Below are positions 1 to 28,420 of a stretch of 64,000 nucleotides of DNA, piece after piece (the first letter of the stretch is position 1; every line of letters begins with the position of its first letter). The stretch is from Chrysomallon squamiferum (taxonomy: Eukaryota > Animalia > Mollusca): positions 13,082,001 to 13,146,000 of the forward strand of contig CM022679.1 of the NCBI GenBank assembly GCA_012295275.1, in the 5' to 3' direction. The notes under the pieces are model-generated. The model searched no databases and was not told the origin of the DNA. It saw only the letters and a program-made list of their open reading frames with translations. A program made the translations under genes and the position numbers.

Positions 1-249
1 ATGTTACATTATCTGTCCTTCCTTGTTTCATATGAATTAATTGTAGTTTTATATTTAAAATAACACATTTTAGTAATATATGAGACACTTAACAGAAAAT
101 TCATTTCAAATAATATTTTTATGGCTACAATTAAATGTGATTTATGTGGGTTAAACTAAAGCAGTTGCATAAAATTTATTTCATAAAATATTACCTGTTG
201 ATTTATCCATGAATAAAAGCTTGTACTGTTTCTGTTTATAATCAAACAG

Positions 250-15598
<15,349 letters not shown>

Positions 15599-17689
15599 TT
15601 ATGCAACAGACATCGCCTGTCTAGGCTCGACAAAACAAATCACGAAATCGCTTGCAGAAACCTCGAGTACTCACCAAAATCTGTGCTTTTACAGCACGCA
15701 TGGTGATGACCTGCAGTGACTACGACAACATCATCAAGATTCTCGAAGACGAAGCACTCAGCCTGCCAAGTATGCAAAGTTAATCAACAAAACTCTCAGG
15801 GCCCCGGCCAGAGGGGCCATTTTAAAAAAAAAGAATTTAAAATTTAAAATTTTTAAAAATGAGAGTGATTACATTTGTGTAAAAAAAGAAAAAAAAAAAA
15901 AAAAAAAAAAAAAAAGGCCTAATGTCTTTTTGAAGAGAACAGTGCACACAATCTTGATGTTAAAAAAAATAATACTAATTATAACAAGGCAAATCTTGTG
16001 TGTCGTAATGCAATGAGATATAATGTTAAAAGTATCGAAAATATAATATCTACGACTTTTGTGCATAAAAAAAATAAAAGAGAGAGAGAGAAAAGATATA
16101 GCTACTATGAGTTATTTATTGTAGGTTATGGAATGAAGCACATTCCAATTAGAACAAGAAGGAATGGATAACTATATTATAAGTATTAATAGAACAAGTG
16201 GAGAAATGTGTGTGTTTATTATGTTTTTCTTCATATGTATAATAATTATATAATATAATATGCATATGTATAATTACTTGATTTGTCATATTTGAATTTT
16301 AAAATTAATGAAAACAAGAAAATTATATTTAACATTGTTTTTCACTGCATAGATTGAAGCAATAGACTTGATGTTTCTTTTATTTATTTATTTATTTATT
16401 TTTCTAATGGTTATTTACATATTTCCATGATCCCGTCATTTATATTTATCTTCATTTTAATTAAAAAAACAAAAAGGGAAAAAAAAAGGATTAAAATTTG
16501 CATTAAAATTCGATAACACATGAAATGCTAATCATATTTCTGGTTTGGTTTTAATTGTATATTTTTATTCGTTATCATGAATTGCAGTCTTTTTCATATA
16601 AATAACACAAAATTGTGAATACTTTGTGAAGATTTATATTAATGGATGGTTATTAATAAATTCAGATTAACCAAAGTATTAACTTACTGTCAGCTAATGA
16701 GAGATGAATTATAATCTTATGAATCCTTCTTTCAAAAAAAAAAAAAATGTAATTTAATAATAATAATAAAGATAAAATGGATAAAACTTCAAAAATAGAG
16801 ATTTAATACTGTGATAATAATAATAATAATAATAATAATATAATAATAATAATAAGGATGATAATACATTGAAAAACAGAAATAAAATAAATTAAAAGAT
16901 AATTAATTTTCAGTAAGACAGTCCAGATTTCAAAATATTTTAATTTGAATAATTTGATTTTCAAATAATGAACAAGAGAGACAGCTTTTAGTGCCATTAA
17001 TCTTTATCAGTTAAAAGCAGAACTGCTGAAAGCTTGTTCAGAGCAAAATGAACTTAGTATCAGAGGAAAATTAAATCTGTTCTGAAAGTTTATCATGTAA
17101 TCCGTATATTTTGTGTTGCTTAATGTTTTGGAGATTGTTAAATGTCAAATGTATTGCTTCAGTACTAAACAGTGTTATGCCATTCATATTCCTTAATCTG
17201 TCTTGATTTGTTTGAAACTTTCTTTATTTTTTTATTTTTTTTTTTCTCAGAAAACAATATGAAAATGTGTTTCGATGTAAAATTGATCCCAAAAGCGTTT
17301 TTTTTCTTTCTTTTCTTTTCTTTTTGATGTGTGAAAAACAACAACAAAAAACCCAACAAAGATAGAAAAAGTCTAGAGAAATTTTGATTTTTGTATAGGT
17401 AGTTTATCACTTTCGTATTATAAATTTGTTTATGTATATATACATATCCTTTTTCATTCATTATATTTGACATTGATGTTGTTTATGTATTAAAGCAATT
17501 GTTGGTTTGGTATGTTATTATGTTGTTTTGCTTATTTATAGATAAAATAGCGTTGAACAATAAATTTTTCTTTTTGATATGAACTGTTACTAGTTTCATC
17601 ATTATAATTATGTATGTTTTATATTACTATTCATACTTTTCTTTTCTTATTTTATGATGTACATTATTAGTAACACAGTAATAATCAGT

Positions 17690-18060
17690 ATGTAGTTAAA
17701 AAAAAATGTATAATGTTCAGAATGTAGACAAAATATTACAATATATTTGGATGTTTCTCTATAGTTACTAACATAAATATAATGTTCACAGTGAAGGTTG
17801 GATTTTCCAGGACATACATATGATTATCTTTGTAGTTAACAAAATATATAAAGTCAAAGTGTAGGCTGAAAGTTACATTATAGATGGATAATTATCTTTG
17901 AGGTTCTTGAGCAAAATATATAAAGTTATAATGTTTGAATTGTAGGTTCAGAGGTTCATTATACAGGAATTTCTCTTTGTAGTTACTGACAAAATTATAT
18001 AAAGTTAAAATATTCAAAGTGAAGGTTCAAAATTACTGCAGAGATAGATAATTTTATTTT
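17690..18060. repeat. Degenerate ~60-70-bp tandem repeat in the presumptive SMG1 3'UTR
   Basis: Recurring tagtta...aaaatatataaagt...gt(a/g)ggtt. Confidence 0.6.
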
Positions 18061-19403
18061 TTATTTATTTTTGTCTGTTAAATATGATGAACTGTTGAAG
18101 AACAGACAATCAGCCAGTTTACTAAATGATGTTCAGCAGTGAAGATCTGACTGAATTAATAACAGTATATATAATAAAATGGTAAATTGAGCTTTCTGCA
18201 TAGAGTAACAATGTCTTAGCAACAGAAAGATGTTCTATACAACTCTACATTTAGTTCTGTGTAAAGTTTTATGCTTCTAAACAAATTTAAATCACCATGC
18301 TATTATATTCAGTCCTAAATTGTCCTAAATCGTTGCATATTTTGAGAAGAAATGTTTTTTAAATTATAAAATAACCAGCCATATGCTAATAAGTTTATAT
18401 AATTTCATGATTTGAATACAATGAAAATGAGTTGGCCGTGTTTAAAATAGTTGCACCATGTTGCTAGGAGTTGATATACGTAGAAATTTAACATTCTTCA
18501 AAACATGAGTTAGCCTGTCAGTTTAAGCTTTGACTAAACAATTGTTGTAAACAATTTTATAATTTTTATACAAGATCTTTACAATACTTTGGCAAGTAAA
18601 AAGCAACAGAGAGAAAAAGAGAGTTGAGGTTAGATCATCAGTTGCTGCTTTATCTCCAGTTCATGTTTAGAAAGTTGAGGTTGGAGCTGTTGTATATATT
18701 TTATAGACACAGATAGCCAGATGCAGTGGAAGTATTTATATAATTTTAATTGAAATTTGTCAATTCTGGGAAAGGTGTCAGAAACATATATAATTTTTAT
18801 TCACGATTTTGCACGATAGTGAGTAATCATTTATGATCTTTATGATCCTGGATTTTCTTCTGTACAAACCAGGGTGTTATTAAAAATATCTGATGAAAAA
18901 ATGGATTGTAAAATACAAAATTCAAAATTAGCCAATTATTGGCAGTGGAACGGAATGAAAAAATGCTTTCAGTAGAGTTGGAAGAACCTGTTACCATAGA
19001 AACATTTACATTTCAAAATCTTGCTTGGGAGTTAACAGTTTTATATTTTTATTTATTTATTTATTTATTTTTTTATCACAAATGTTACTAAACAAAAATA
19101 AAACAACACATTTTCAGCTGTTATTGGTTTGGAATACATAAATGTTTTTAACTCACAAGCTTGCATTGTTTGTATTCTTGGTACCAGCCATTGTTGTTCC
19201 TAGTTTTATTTTCTTGAACTGATATACATGTATGTTATTTCCTGAATATTTGATTTCACAATTTTTGTTCACATAATACAATGTAAAATGAATTTTTGTT
19301 TTTCTTTTTTAAATTGAATGAAATAGTGCCATGTAAAATACTGTTCTAGTGTTTGTCTTCGTCATTTTATTGCTTATTTGTGTATTGTTTGCTGTTGTAG
19401 TTT

Positions 19404-19409
19404 AATAAA
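19404..19409 (+). terminator. Candidate distal poly(A) signal of SMG1
   Basis: AATAAA flanked by U/GU-rich sequence. Other AATAAA hexamers occur earlier (~16073, ~16654, ~17558), so the true end is uncertain. Confidence 0.3.
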
Positions 19410-20739
19410 GGCTTATTGGAAGCAGAAACTTGTATTTGTTATATTAAAAAGAAAAATAATTAATGTCTTAAAAATGTTAAGAGTGGACTGACAATTTAAA
19501 TTCATTTTATAAATGGTTTTATTTCTTCTTTTTTTTATTTTTTTTTTAATTTTTTGCTACATTTATTTCATAATTTATACTAAAAGTTTTTAGTTATTTA
19601 ATGTATTACTTTCTTATTCCCCTAAAAAAATCAAAGAAGAAACAATTTACACAGCTTTACAATTTCTGTTTTAACTTAAAGCAGTTCTGCTGTTTTTGTT
19701 TTGGACTAGCTGTTTTGAGGGGCAGAGTTTTGAGGTGGATCTGGTCAAAGGATCAGTCCTTTTCATTGATTTTTCCTCACTACATTTATTGCCCAACATT
19801 TAGCTTAACACAATATGTTTTTCCCTATCCATGGGAATGTGCATATAATAAACCACTTGCTGCAACCAAAAAAAAAAAAAAAAAAGGTTAGAAGAAGAAT
19901 CCAGAGGATGAAGGCAACTGAATTTGTCTTCCATGTGCATGTTGCTTAACTCATGTACAACACACAAAATAAATACAAATGTGACTTGTGACACCAAACT
20001 GGGTCTTCAGTCACATTTTCATGCATTGGAGTCAGACATTTTCAGTTTTCTGATACCTTTTCAGCTTTGTTTTGATACCTCATTCATCCCTTCCTCATAT
20101 TTGGTTCCAGAGATATGTCTAGACAAACTGGAGGGTTTCTTAAATTCAGTAAATAAGTGTTCATAAAAGTTCTGTGAAACATCTATAGGATTAATATCTA
20201 TCAGTTTCACCAGTGGATCAAAGATGTAAGGTATTTGTATATAAATCTGTTTTTAACAAAATATCAAAATTGAATTGTTTTTGGGGAGGGGTAGTCATTC
20301 CACTATTGTTGGATAAATCCAAAACCTACTTGGTCATGTTACTTAAAATTTGGTTTCATATTAAAAATGCATTCAATAACATTTTCCCCATATTCCTACA
20401 AAAAGATATATTCATGAACTTAAGGTTTCTTGTTTTAAAACTTTGATTTGTATTTTGTATGAATATATAGTATTACTTAATAATATACACAAAACAACAA
20501 ATTTGCAAGAATTTTAACACAATGCTTAAAATGTTTCGTTAATTATTGAGGCTTTGGAATATTTACACAAAATAAAGCAAAAAAAAAAAAACAACAAAAA
20601 CAACAAACAAAAAATAAAATCTGGTTTATTTAGAGGCATGAGCTTGTAAAGCCAGAAATGAATAATATTACACTGCAACATGCATATAATATAAACTATC
20701 TTTAAAAAAAAAAAAAAAAAATGACTCAAAAAGTCTATA

Positions 20740-20798
20740 AAATAATTGTTCACCCAGACACATATCACACACTCGTATACTGGAGTTTATAGATATAT
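20740..20798. repeat. 59-nt duplicated element, copy A
   Basis: aaataattgttcacccagacacatatcacacactcgtatactggagtttatagatatat, near-identical to 23041-23099. Confidence 0.85.
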
Positions 20799-22441
20799 CA
20801 CAGCTATATTAATACTGAATATTTTACATTAATTATAAAATACAATAGTGATTCATATTACTTTGAACTACAATTCACTCAAAAACTAATTCATTCTGTT
20901 TCTCAATAGGAAAAAGTTTTTTTAATTATTTTGAACAGATATTATTTTAAAAGTAAGAATTTAAAAATGATAGATAAATTAAGCATGTCTTTAGAACCTT
21001 GCATGTGGCAATAAAGGCAAGAGAGAAAAAAAAGCTATATAAAGACAGAAAATAAATTAACATTTGTTGTTGGATTTCTTACAGAAATTAATAATATTTG
21101 GTCTTGAAGGTGTTAAATGTGTTTGGCTATGAAATAACAATACAAAAATAATGATAAATTTTGTTTAAAAATGTCCTTGTCTTTTGTCATCCTTTAGTTA
21201 ATTGTTCTTGTTTGTTACATTTCCTTTACAAGTTTCATCAAAGTACACCTTTAAAATCACTTTTAATTCACATGCAAAACAAAACAAATTTTAACATTCA
21301 TAAGTAAAGTGAAAATCTCATTGAAATCATTAAATAAAATACAAAAATATTTATAAAAATCTTCTTGAATATACAAAATTTCTGACATTGATGATCATTT
21401 CAATTATAACATATAATTTCTTCTTTATGTTATACTTTCAAAATAAATATAGATTTAAAACAATAAAGAACCTATATAAGGAGTATTCATTAAAATTTGT
21501 TGAGAGACCATGGTCCTGTAAAACAAAAATTAATTAAATTGGACTAATAACAAATTTGTTTAGTGATCTTTCATGGTAGAAACTGGATACACCTCATTTC
21601 AAATAGTTTTACAAGAACCTGTAAACAAATTATTCAGTTTGGTAGTAAGCACTTAGTATACTTTAAGCCTTAGAAATGGAAACCTGTATGAACTGCCCAT
21701 AGAAAAAAGTAATTGTTTTCAAAAAAATAATGCACTGCACAGAAATAATTGGTTTAAAAGAGATTATATCATTAACAAAGTATAACAGTATTTCTAATAA
21801 TATTTATTTTATTTTATTTTATTTTATTTTATTTTATTTTATTTATTTATTTATTTTTCACTGATAAACTATGAAGATAAAAAACAAAAACATGAATGTA
21901 TAAAAATTATAACGCATTTTTTCTCTAATTTAACAAACAATAAATTTTGGTTTTTTATCACTTCACCAAATAGGCCAGTAACAATAATTATCAACAAGAA
22001 TGTTAAAATAAAATAAAATAAAATAAAAATAACAACCCAGAACAAAAGCACAAATGATTACAAACATAGAATGAAACAATGATTACATCACTCTAATTAC
22101 CATTGTAAAATACAGTAATTAAACATTATGCATAATTCCTCTTTTCTTTTCTTTTTTCTAAATGCTCATGTAATTTATAATTACCAGGAATGCAGTAAGA
22201 GTTTACAACAATTCTCTACAGGTTTACATTTACTAAATGTAAATTCCCAACAATTAAATGTTATTCATTATTTTTTAAAAAGAATCAAGTAATTTGTAAT
22301 GGTAATGAACTCATTAAGAAATAATTAAATATTATGTTTTCCCCTGATTTTATGTGCCAAATAAAAAAATATTATGAATGAAATACTGTGGTTAAATAAT
22401 TTAAATTTGAATGAAGAGTTAAATTTGTGACAGAACTGCAG

Positions 22442-22830
22442 CTATCCAAGAATTGGGCTGGTAACAGCTGCCGATCTTGCTGAAAGCAAAACCCTGTTTC
22501 CCGAAATTCGTCTGTTGTCTGGTTTCCATGCCGGGCCATCCATTTCACCTAAACAAAAAACAAAAAATTTAAATTAATTAAACTAATAACAACATGTAGA
22601 ATGAAAAAGAAAAAAGTTTCCACACCCTCCAAAAAAATGACGTCACTAAAATGTATACAGTTTTGAAGATGAAATTAATTATAAAGAAAAAAAGTAAAGA
22701 AAATATATAAAAAAAAGAGAAAAAAAAAGTGGAAGATATAAGTAAAATGTGAAACTATATAAACAAACAACTTTATTTAAACTTAGATCATATAATAGGA
22801 CCCCTCTATAAAAATGTACCTAATGTCCAT

Positions 22831-22872
<42 letters not shown>

Positions 22873-24274
22873 CTCAGTTCTATTTAAATAATAAATATAT
22901 TAGCTTGGAATTATAAGCAAAGATTAGAAATTTACAGATACCATTTTCCAGTTTAGCATCTACAATTACAAACAGTTTATATATATATATATATATATGA
23001 AAAATAAAATTTTCCAAAGCCAGAAACTAAACAAAAGTAAAAATAATTGTTCACCCAGACACATACCACACACTTTCATACTGGAGTTTATAGATATATT
23101 CAGTATATATATATATATATATATATATGAATATATATATATATATATATATTTATGCAGGTAATAAATAATAAGCTACCTGTGATAATATTGTACTGCT
23201 TTCTCACAGGGTACTCCCTGGGTACTCCAGGCCCTAGTAAGTACCCCAGCTTGCTGTGTATCCGTTTGTACTGGGTCCAGTAGTTGGATGGGCCTGGGGT
23301 GGGTTTGACAATCTCCCTCATGGAGGCTCCCTCAGTCTGGTTAATTCGATGTAGTAGTGAGGTCAGGTGAAGACGATTTGCCTGCACAACAGTGAAAACA
23401 ACTGTAAGGTGATTTTTCAAAAATCTGTACATAATAAGTAAAATAACAATAAAATTAAATAAAATAAAATTTAAAAAATAATAATAATAAAATAAAATAA
23501 AATAAAATAAAATATAAAATAAAATAAAATAAAATAAAATAAAATAAAATAAAATAAAATAAAATAAAATAAAATGAGGGTTGAGGTGAAGAGATTTTTT
23601 TTTTTTGCACAACAGGGTTTTTGGTACTGATATTGACATATATTTTGAATACACATATACACATAAATAATGTATTTTTACTTTGTAAAATTTAATACAT
23701 GATAAATATTATTAATTATTTTATGAAAATAACTTAATATATTATATATATAATTTATTTCCATTTACTTTTCTGTTTCTGTTTTTCAAAATACTGGTAT
23801 GATTTCTTTCAAAATTTTCTTGTTGACATTAAATGTTTAAATTTCCAAATACCTTCTCTGAATTTTCACTTAATTTGAAAATATGTTGACTGTTGTTCAA
23901 ATAAAGCATTTATTTCATGATTATAAATCAGCAGCAAATTTTTAACACAATCAAATGAATCAAGTTAATAAAAAACTGTGATCATCATGAAATAATAAAT
24001 GAAGTTTAATCTAAATTTCGGGTGTTTTCTCTGAAGCTAAGTAACAGGAAAAGTACACACTGGAATGATTTCTTTTCTTGGATATGTCTTGCAGTAATCT
24101 GTCTCCCAGTCTGGGTTTTCTTGAGGGTTGCCGATGTCAAACTGGGACAGGTGCATAGAGGGACAAAGAGCGGGACGTTCGGCAGGAAGAAGGGTCTTGC
24201 TGCCCCCATAATACTGAAACAAAAATTGTTTTTAGATGTTAAATTGCACCTTCAGTATAATCTGTTTTGTGTCG

Positions 24275-24341
<67 letters not shown>

Positions 24342-25185
24342 CATACTGTTAAACATCGTAATAAAGTATTAAAGCTTGTTTTTAAATAAATCTCTCAAGT
24401 AAATATAGACACATAAATAATGTATTTTTTCTTTAGCAGAATTTAACACAATACAAATATATATACATATCATTACTGATACTACTACTACAGCCACAAA
24501 TATTACTACTGCTGCTGCTGCCACTACTGCTACTACTGTATCTGCAACTGTTTCAACTACTACTACTATTAATAATAATAATAATAATAAAAGTATAACA
24601 ACAATTTCATCATCACAAACAGGTAAGATGATATTCCATGTCAAATCATTCCATGTTTAATCTGTATTGTGGCTAAACAAAAAATATTACAGACCTGAAA
24701 CTTTTATATGTTTTAGTTAACATGTGGAAGATTAAGAAAAGAAAAGAACTAATATATGAGTAAATAAATAAATAAATAATAATATCAATGAGAGCTAAAA
24801 ATATCAGTTGAATAATGGAAAAATAAGGGATTACATACAGTTCATTAAGCATATCAATAAATAATTCCATATTACTTTCTTGTATTAAACAAAGCAGCTC
24901 ATTGAAACATAATCCTGTAACACAGATCTGGGTCTGCATGCTTGTGAATGTTTATAATCTGAAAAGCTGACTTAAAGTTGTCAATCTATAACCTCTGACA
25001 GAAAACAAGAAGTTTTATTTACATACTCTACAAACAGAAATAACAGCTTTGATTTAAGTCTTGCTCTGCAACTAAGATATCTTAAAAGCAACATAATTCA
25101 AAATTGAGTTGCTAGAGATAAACATATTGTGCATGTCCAGTCAGTTTTAATAATGATGATGAAGATAATTATAATAATAATAATG

Positions 25186-25238
<53 letters not shown>

Positions 25239-25249
25239 TAAATAATAAA

Positions 25250-25296
<47 letters not shown>

Positions 25297-25785
25297 TGAC
25301 AACAATAATAATGAATGTAATCAACAATTTCTTTAAGTTAAATTGTTACATTAATGAGTATAATTTCATAAAAAAATATATATATACTAGTCTGTTTCTA
25401 CACCAGAGATTGGGCAAATGAATAAACAAACAAACAAACAAGTAAATAATAATAATAATAACAATAATAATAATAACAGTGTAGTAATAGTAGTAATAGT
25501 AGCAATACTGGTAATAATAATAATAATTAGAATATTTTAAAATGTTCTATATATACATACATACATACATATATAACAAACACCCACACACAGTTTTATT
25601 TTTAAATTGTTGTTTTTTTGTATTTGCTCTGTTAAACCACCAGTACTGACAAACCCTTTTCTAAGGTATGAATGTCATTACACCCTTGTGTTACTCATTA
25701 TTAGCAATCATGACAAATATCTTTCTTAGCAATAAATCTGAGTTGATAGTCACAAAATCTGTTTTAAAATGTATTAGACAACAGT

Positions 25786-25825
<40 letters not shown>

Positions 25826-27966
25826 ATACAGTATTAGCCAACCAAGACTGATGGTTAAAAAAAACTTTCTCAAAGTGACCCACCATACAATGTGCTATTT
25901 CAAGTAATTTTGTTTATTATTCATTATCACAGAAGTAGCAAAATAAGTTTAGAAAGATTGTCTTGATAAGAACAGTTTTCCAATAAAGTATCAAGATAGA
26001 GACCGGTTTCAGTGACAAAGTTAACAAACTTGGCTTGGTCAAATTTTATGGATTTCTGTTCTCTCTTGTTCAAAGTTATTAATATTAAATGGCTTTGACT
26101 CGAAGTGAACACTTGCCAAAGACTGAATACTGTTGATGAATAAGCTGAAAACATGTACAAACACTACTAATAACACTTCAAAGCTGTCGTAAAAATTACT
26201 TATGTCCGATTAAAGGATAAAGGATTATAAAAAAAAAAAATGTTGGTGCTGCATGAGTGGTTACATTTGTAGACTGAACCAGTACTAGAAATAAAAATAT
26301 ATCTGTCTTGTTCATTCATGCATAACAAATTTTGGTGGTATGGTGGAATGATTATTGATAAAATAAATAGATAACTGGCTCCAATTGTGTAATTTCCTGT
26401 TCATATCACTTCTAAAAGAAAAAAATTGTTTTAATACATATATAAAAAGCTCTTTTACAAGTTTCACTGATCTTACTCTTTATAAACAGTTCAAAATGAA
26501 GTGAAGTGATTTTCTTTTTTAAATTTAAAGTGTGTGATGATAGCCTTTTCAACTGATCCAGTATTCTGAACACACTTTTATATAATCCATTGGTTGCTAT
26601 TTCTTTATGTAAACTGTCTATTCATTACAGCCAACACCCAGTGACTACTGCCTTTCAAAAAGTCAAAGCAATATTCTTCATGTCAATGGGAAGGTTGACC
26701 TAAAATTATCCCTTTTTGTTAATTTATAAAAAGGGTTTCGATGTCCATTTGTGAATGACAGAAAATTATATAAAATAGTTAATTTCTCATTCACATATAC
26801 ACATTGTGATTGAACTTAAATTTCTTTTACAAAAAATATTTCAGTATTCTGCAGTAGTATGAAAAAGTTAAAAAAAAAAAAACAGAAACAAAAACAAAGA
26901 AATACATATTAAATTCCTTCCACTCCACAAAACTTTAAACTTTAGTAACTAACAGATTTTTTCGAGATAAGATATCTAAATCTAATAACAGAAGATTCCT
27001 TACTGCACCTTAATGTTTTGTAATGTAATATTTAAACAAGAAATTAAAAAAATTAAAATTAACTTTTTACCAGTGTGATTCGGTTTGTTTGTGGGAACTG
27101 GATTATTAATTAGTCCTGGTTTCCAAGTACCCATGTTGACTGAAAACAATGAATGACGACAAGCCAGGCCGAGTCGTCAGTCAGCCATTTTAAAATCATA
27201 AAGCTCTTTTGTGTTTGTATTTCTAAAAATAGAATACGTAGCACCAACGTAATGAAAACAATAAACTTTTTTTTATCCAGTTTGTTTATTCATTATTCTT
27301 TTGTAGTCTTTCATATGCATACTGTGTGTATGTGAATGTCAATATTTCTGCGTGCTTTTGAATATTTGTTTTCTTTCTTATATTCAAAGGAAAGACGTAT
27401 TTAAGATACATTTAGTAGAGAAATTAAAACATTAAATATTAATCATTTTTTTAAAAAACATAATACAGAGGATTATTTTCAAAATATAGAATTATTATTA
27501 TTTGATTTATTATTATTATTATTTTGTTGTTGTTTTTTTCTATTTATTACTTATAGTAATAATAGATATTGATGACACAATGAAAATAACTGTGGTGATT
27601 TCATTATTTTAAAGGTTTTTTTTGTGAATAATGTCTTTTAAAGACTAGAAGATGCCAAAATTAATGTTCAATGATGGAGTAATGGTATTTTTTATTTTTA
27701 TTTAAAAATCTGTGTTTTTCCATTATTTAATTATAATGGGTTTCTAATTACAAGTATTTGATTTGAACTGAACATAGAGATACAGACCTTTATTTTATTT
27801 ATTGTTATTGTTTGTTTGTTTATTTGTTTTTGTTTTTGTTTTCTCATTTGTTTGTTTTGGATTAAGTTGGTTTAAATCCAAAATATTTAAAAATAATATT
27901 AACATTTACACTACTTTTTGTTATTATTCTTTATTTATTTATTTATTTATTTGTTATTATTATTAA

Positions 27967-28023
<57 letters not shown>

Positions 28024-28352
28024 TTTATATCTTATTACAAAAGTCTATAATTCAGTTATATATTTTATTCTAAGATATAAGTTAAGCTTCACATAAAAGA
28101 AATGATTTCAGCTGATGTGTAAATATATGAAACACTGATCCATAAATCATTTGTAATATGATGATTTCACACTTATAAAGTGTTTACCAAGTAAAACATG
28201 ATAATAAAATAAAATCATAAATTCTGATGTGTCTGACAACATAAAATATGTATTGATTGTTATATTCTCTGTATATAATACTGGAAGTATTTATATGACA
28301 GATATATAGGGCCACTTTGTAATCTGTGTGTGTGTATAATATATATCTCAGT

Positions 28353-28420
<68 letters not shown>

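Noticed and set aside
24620-26700. Several acceptor-like sites on the minus strand (~26699, 26411, 26144, 24994, 24958, 24672) as coding exons
   Set aside because: They hit stops quickly or lack convincing donors. Such sites are frequent in AT-rich introns and could at most be non-coding exons.
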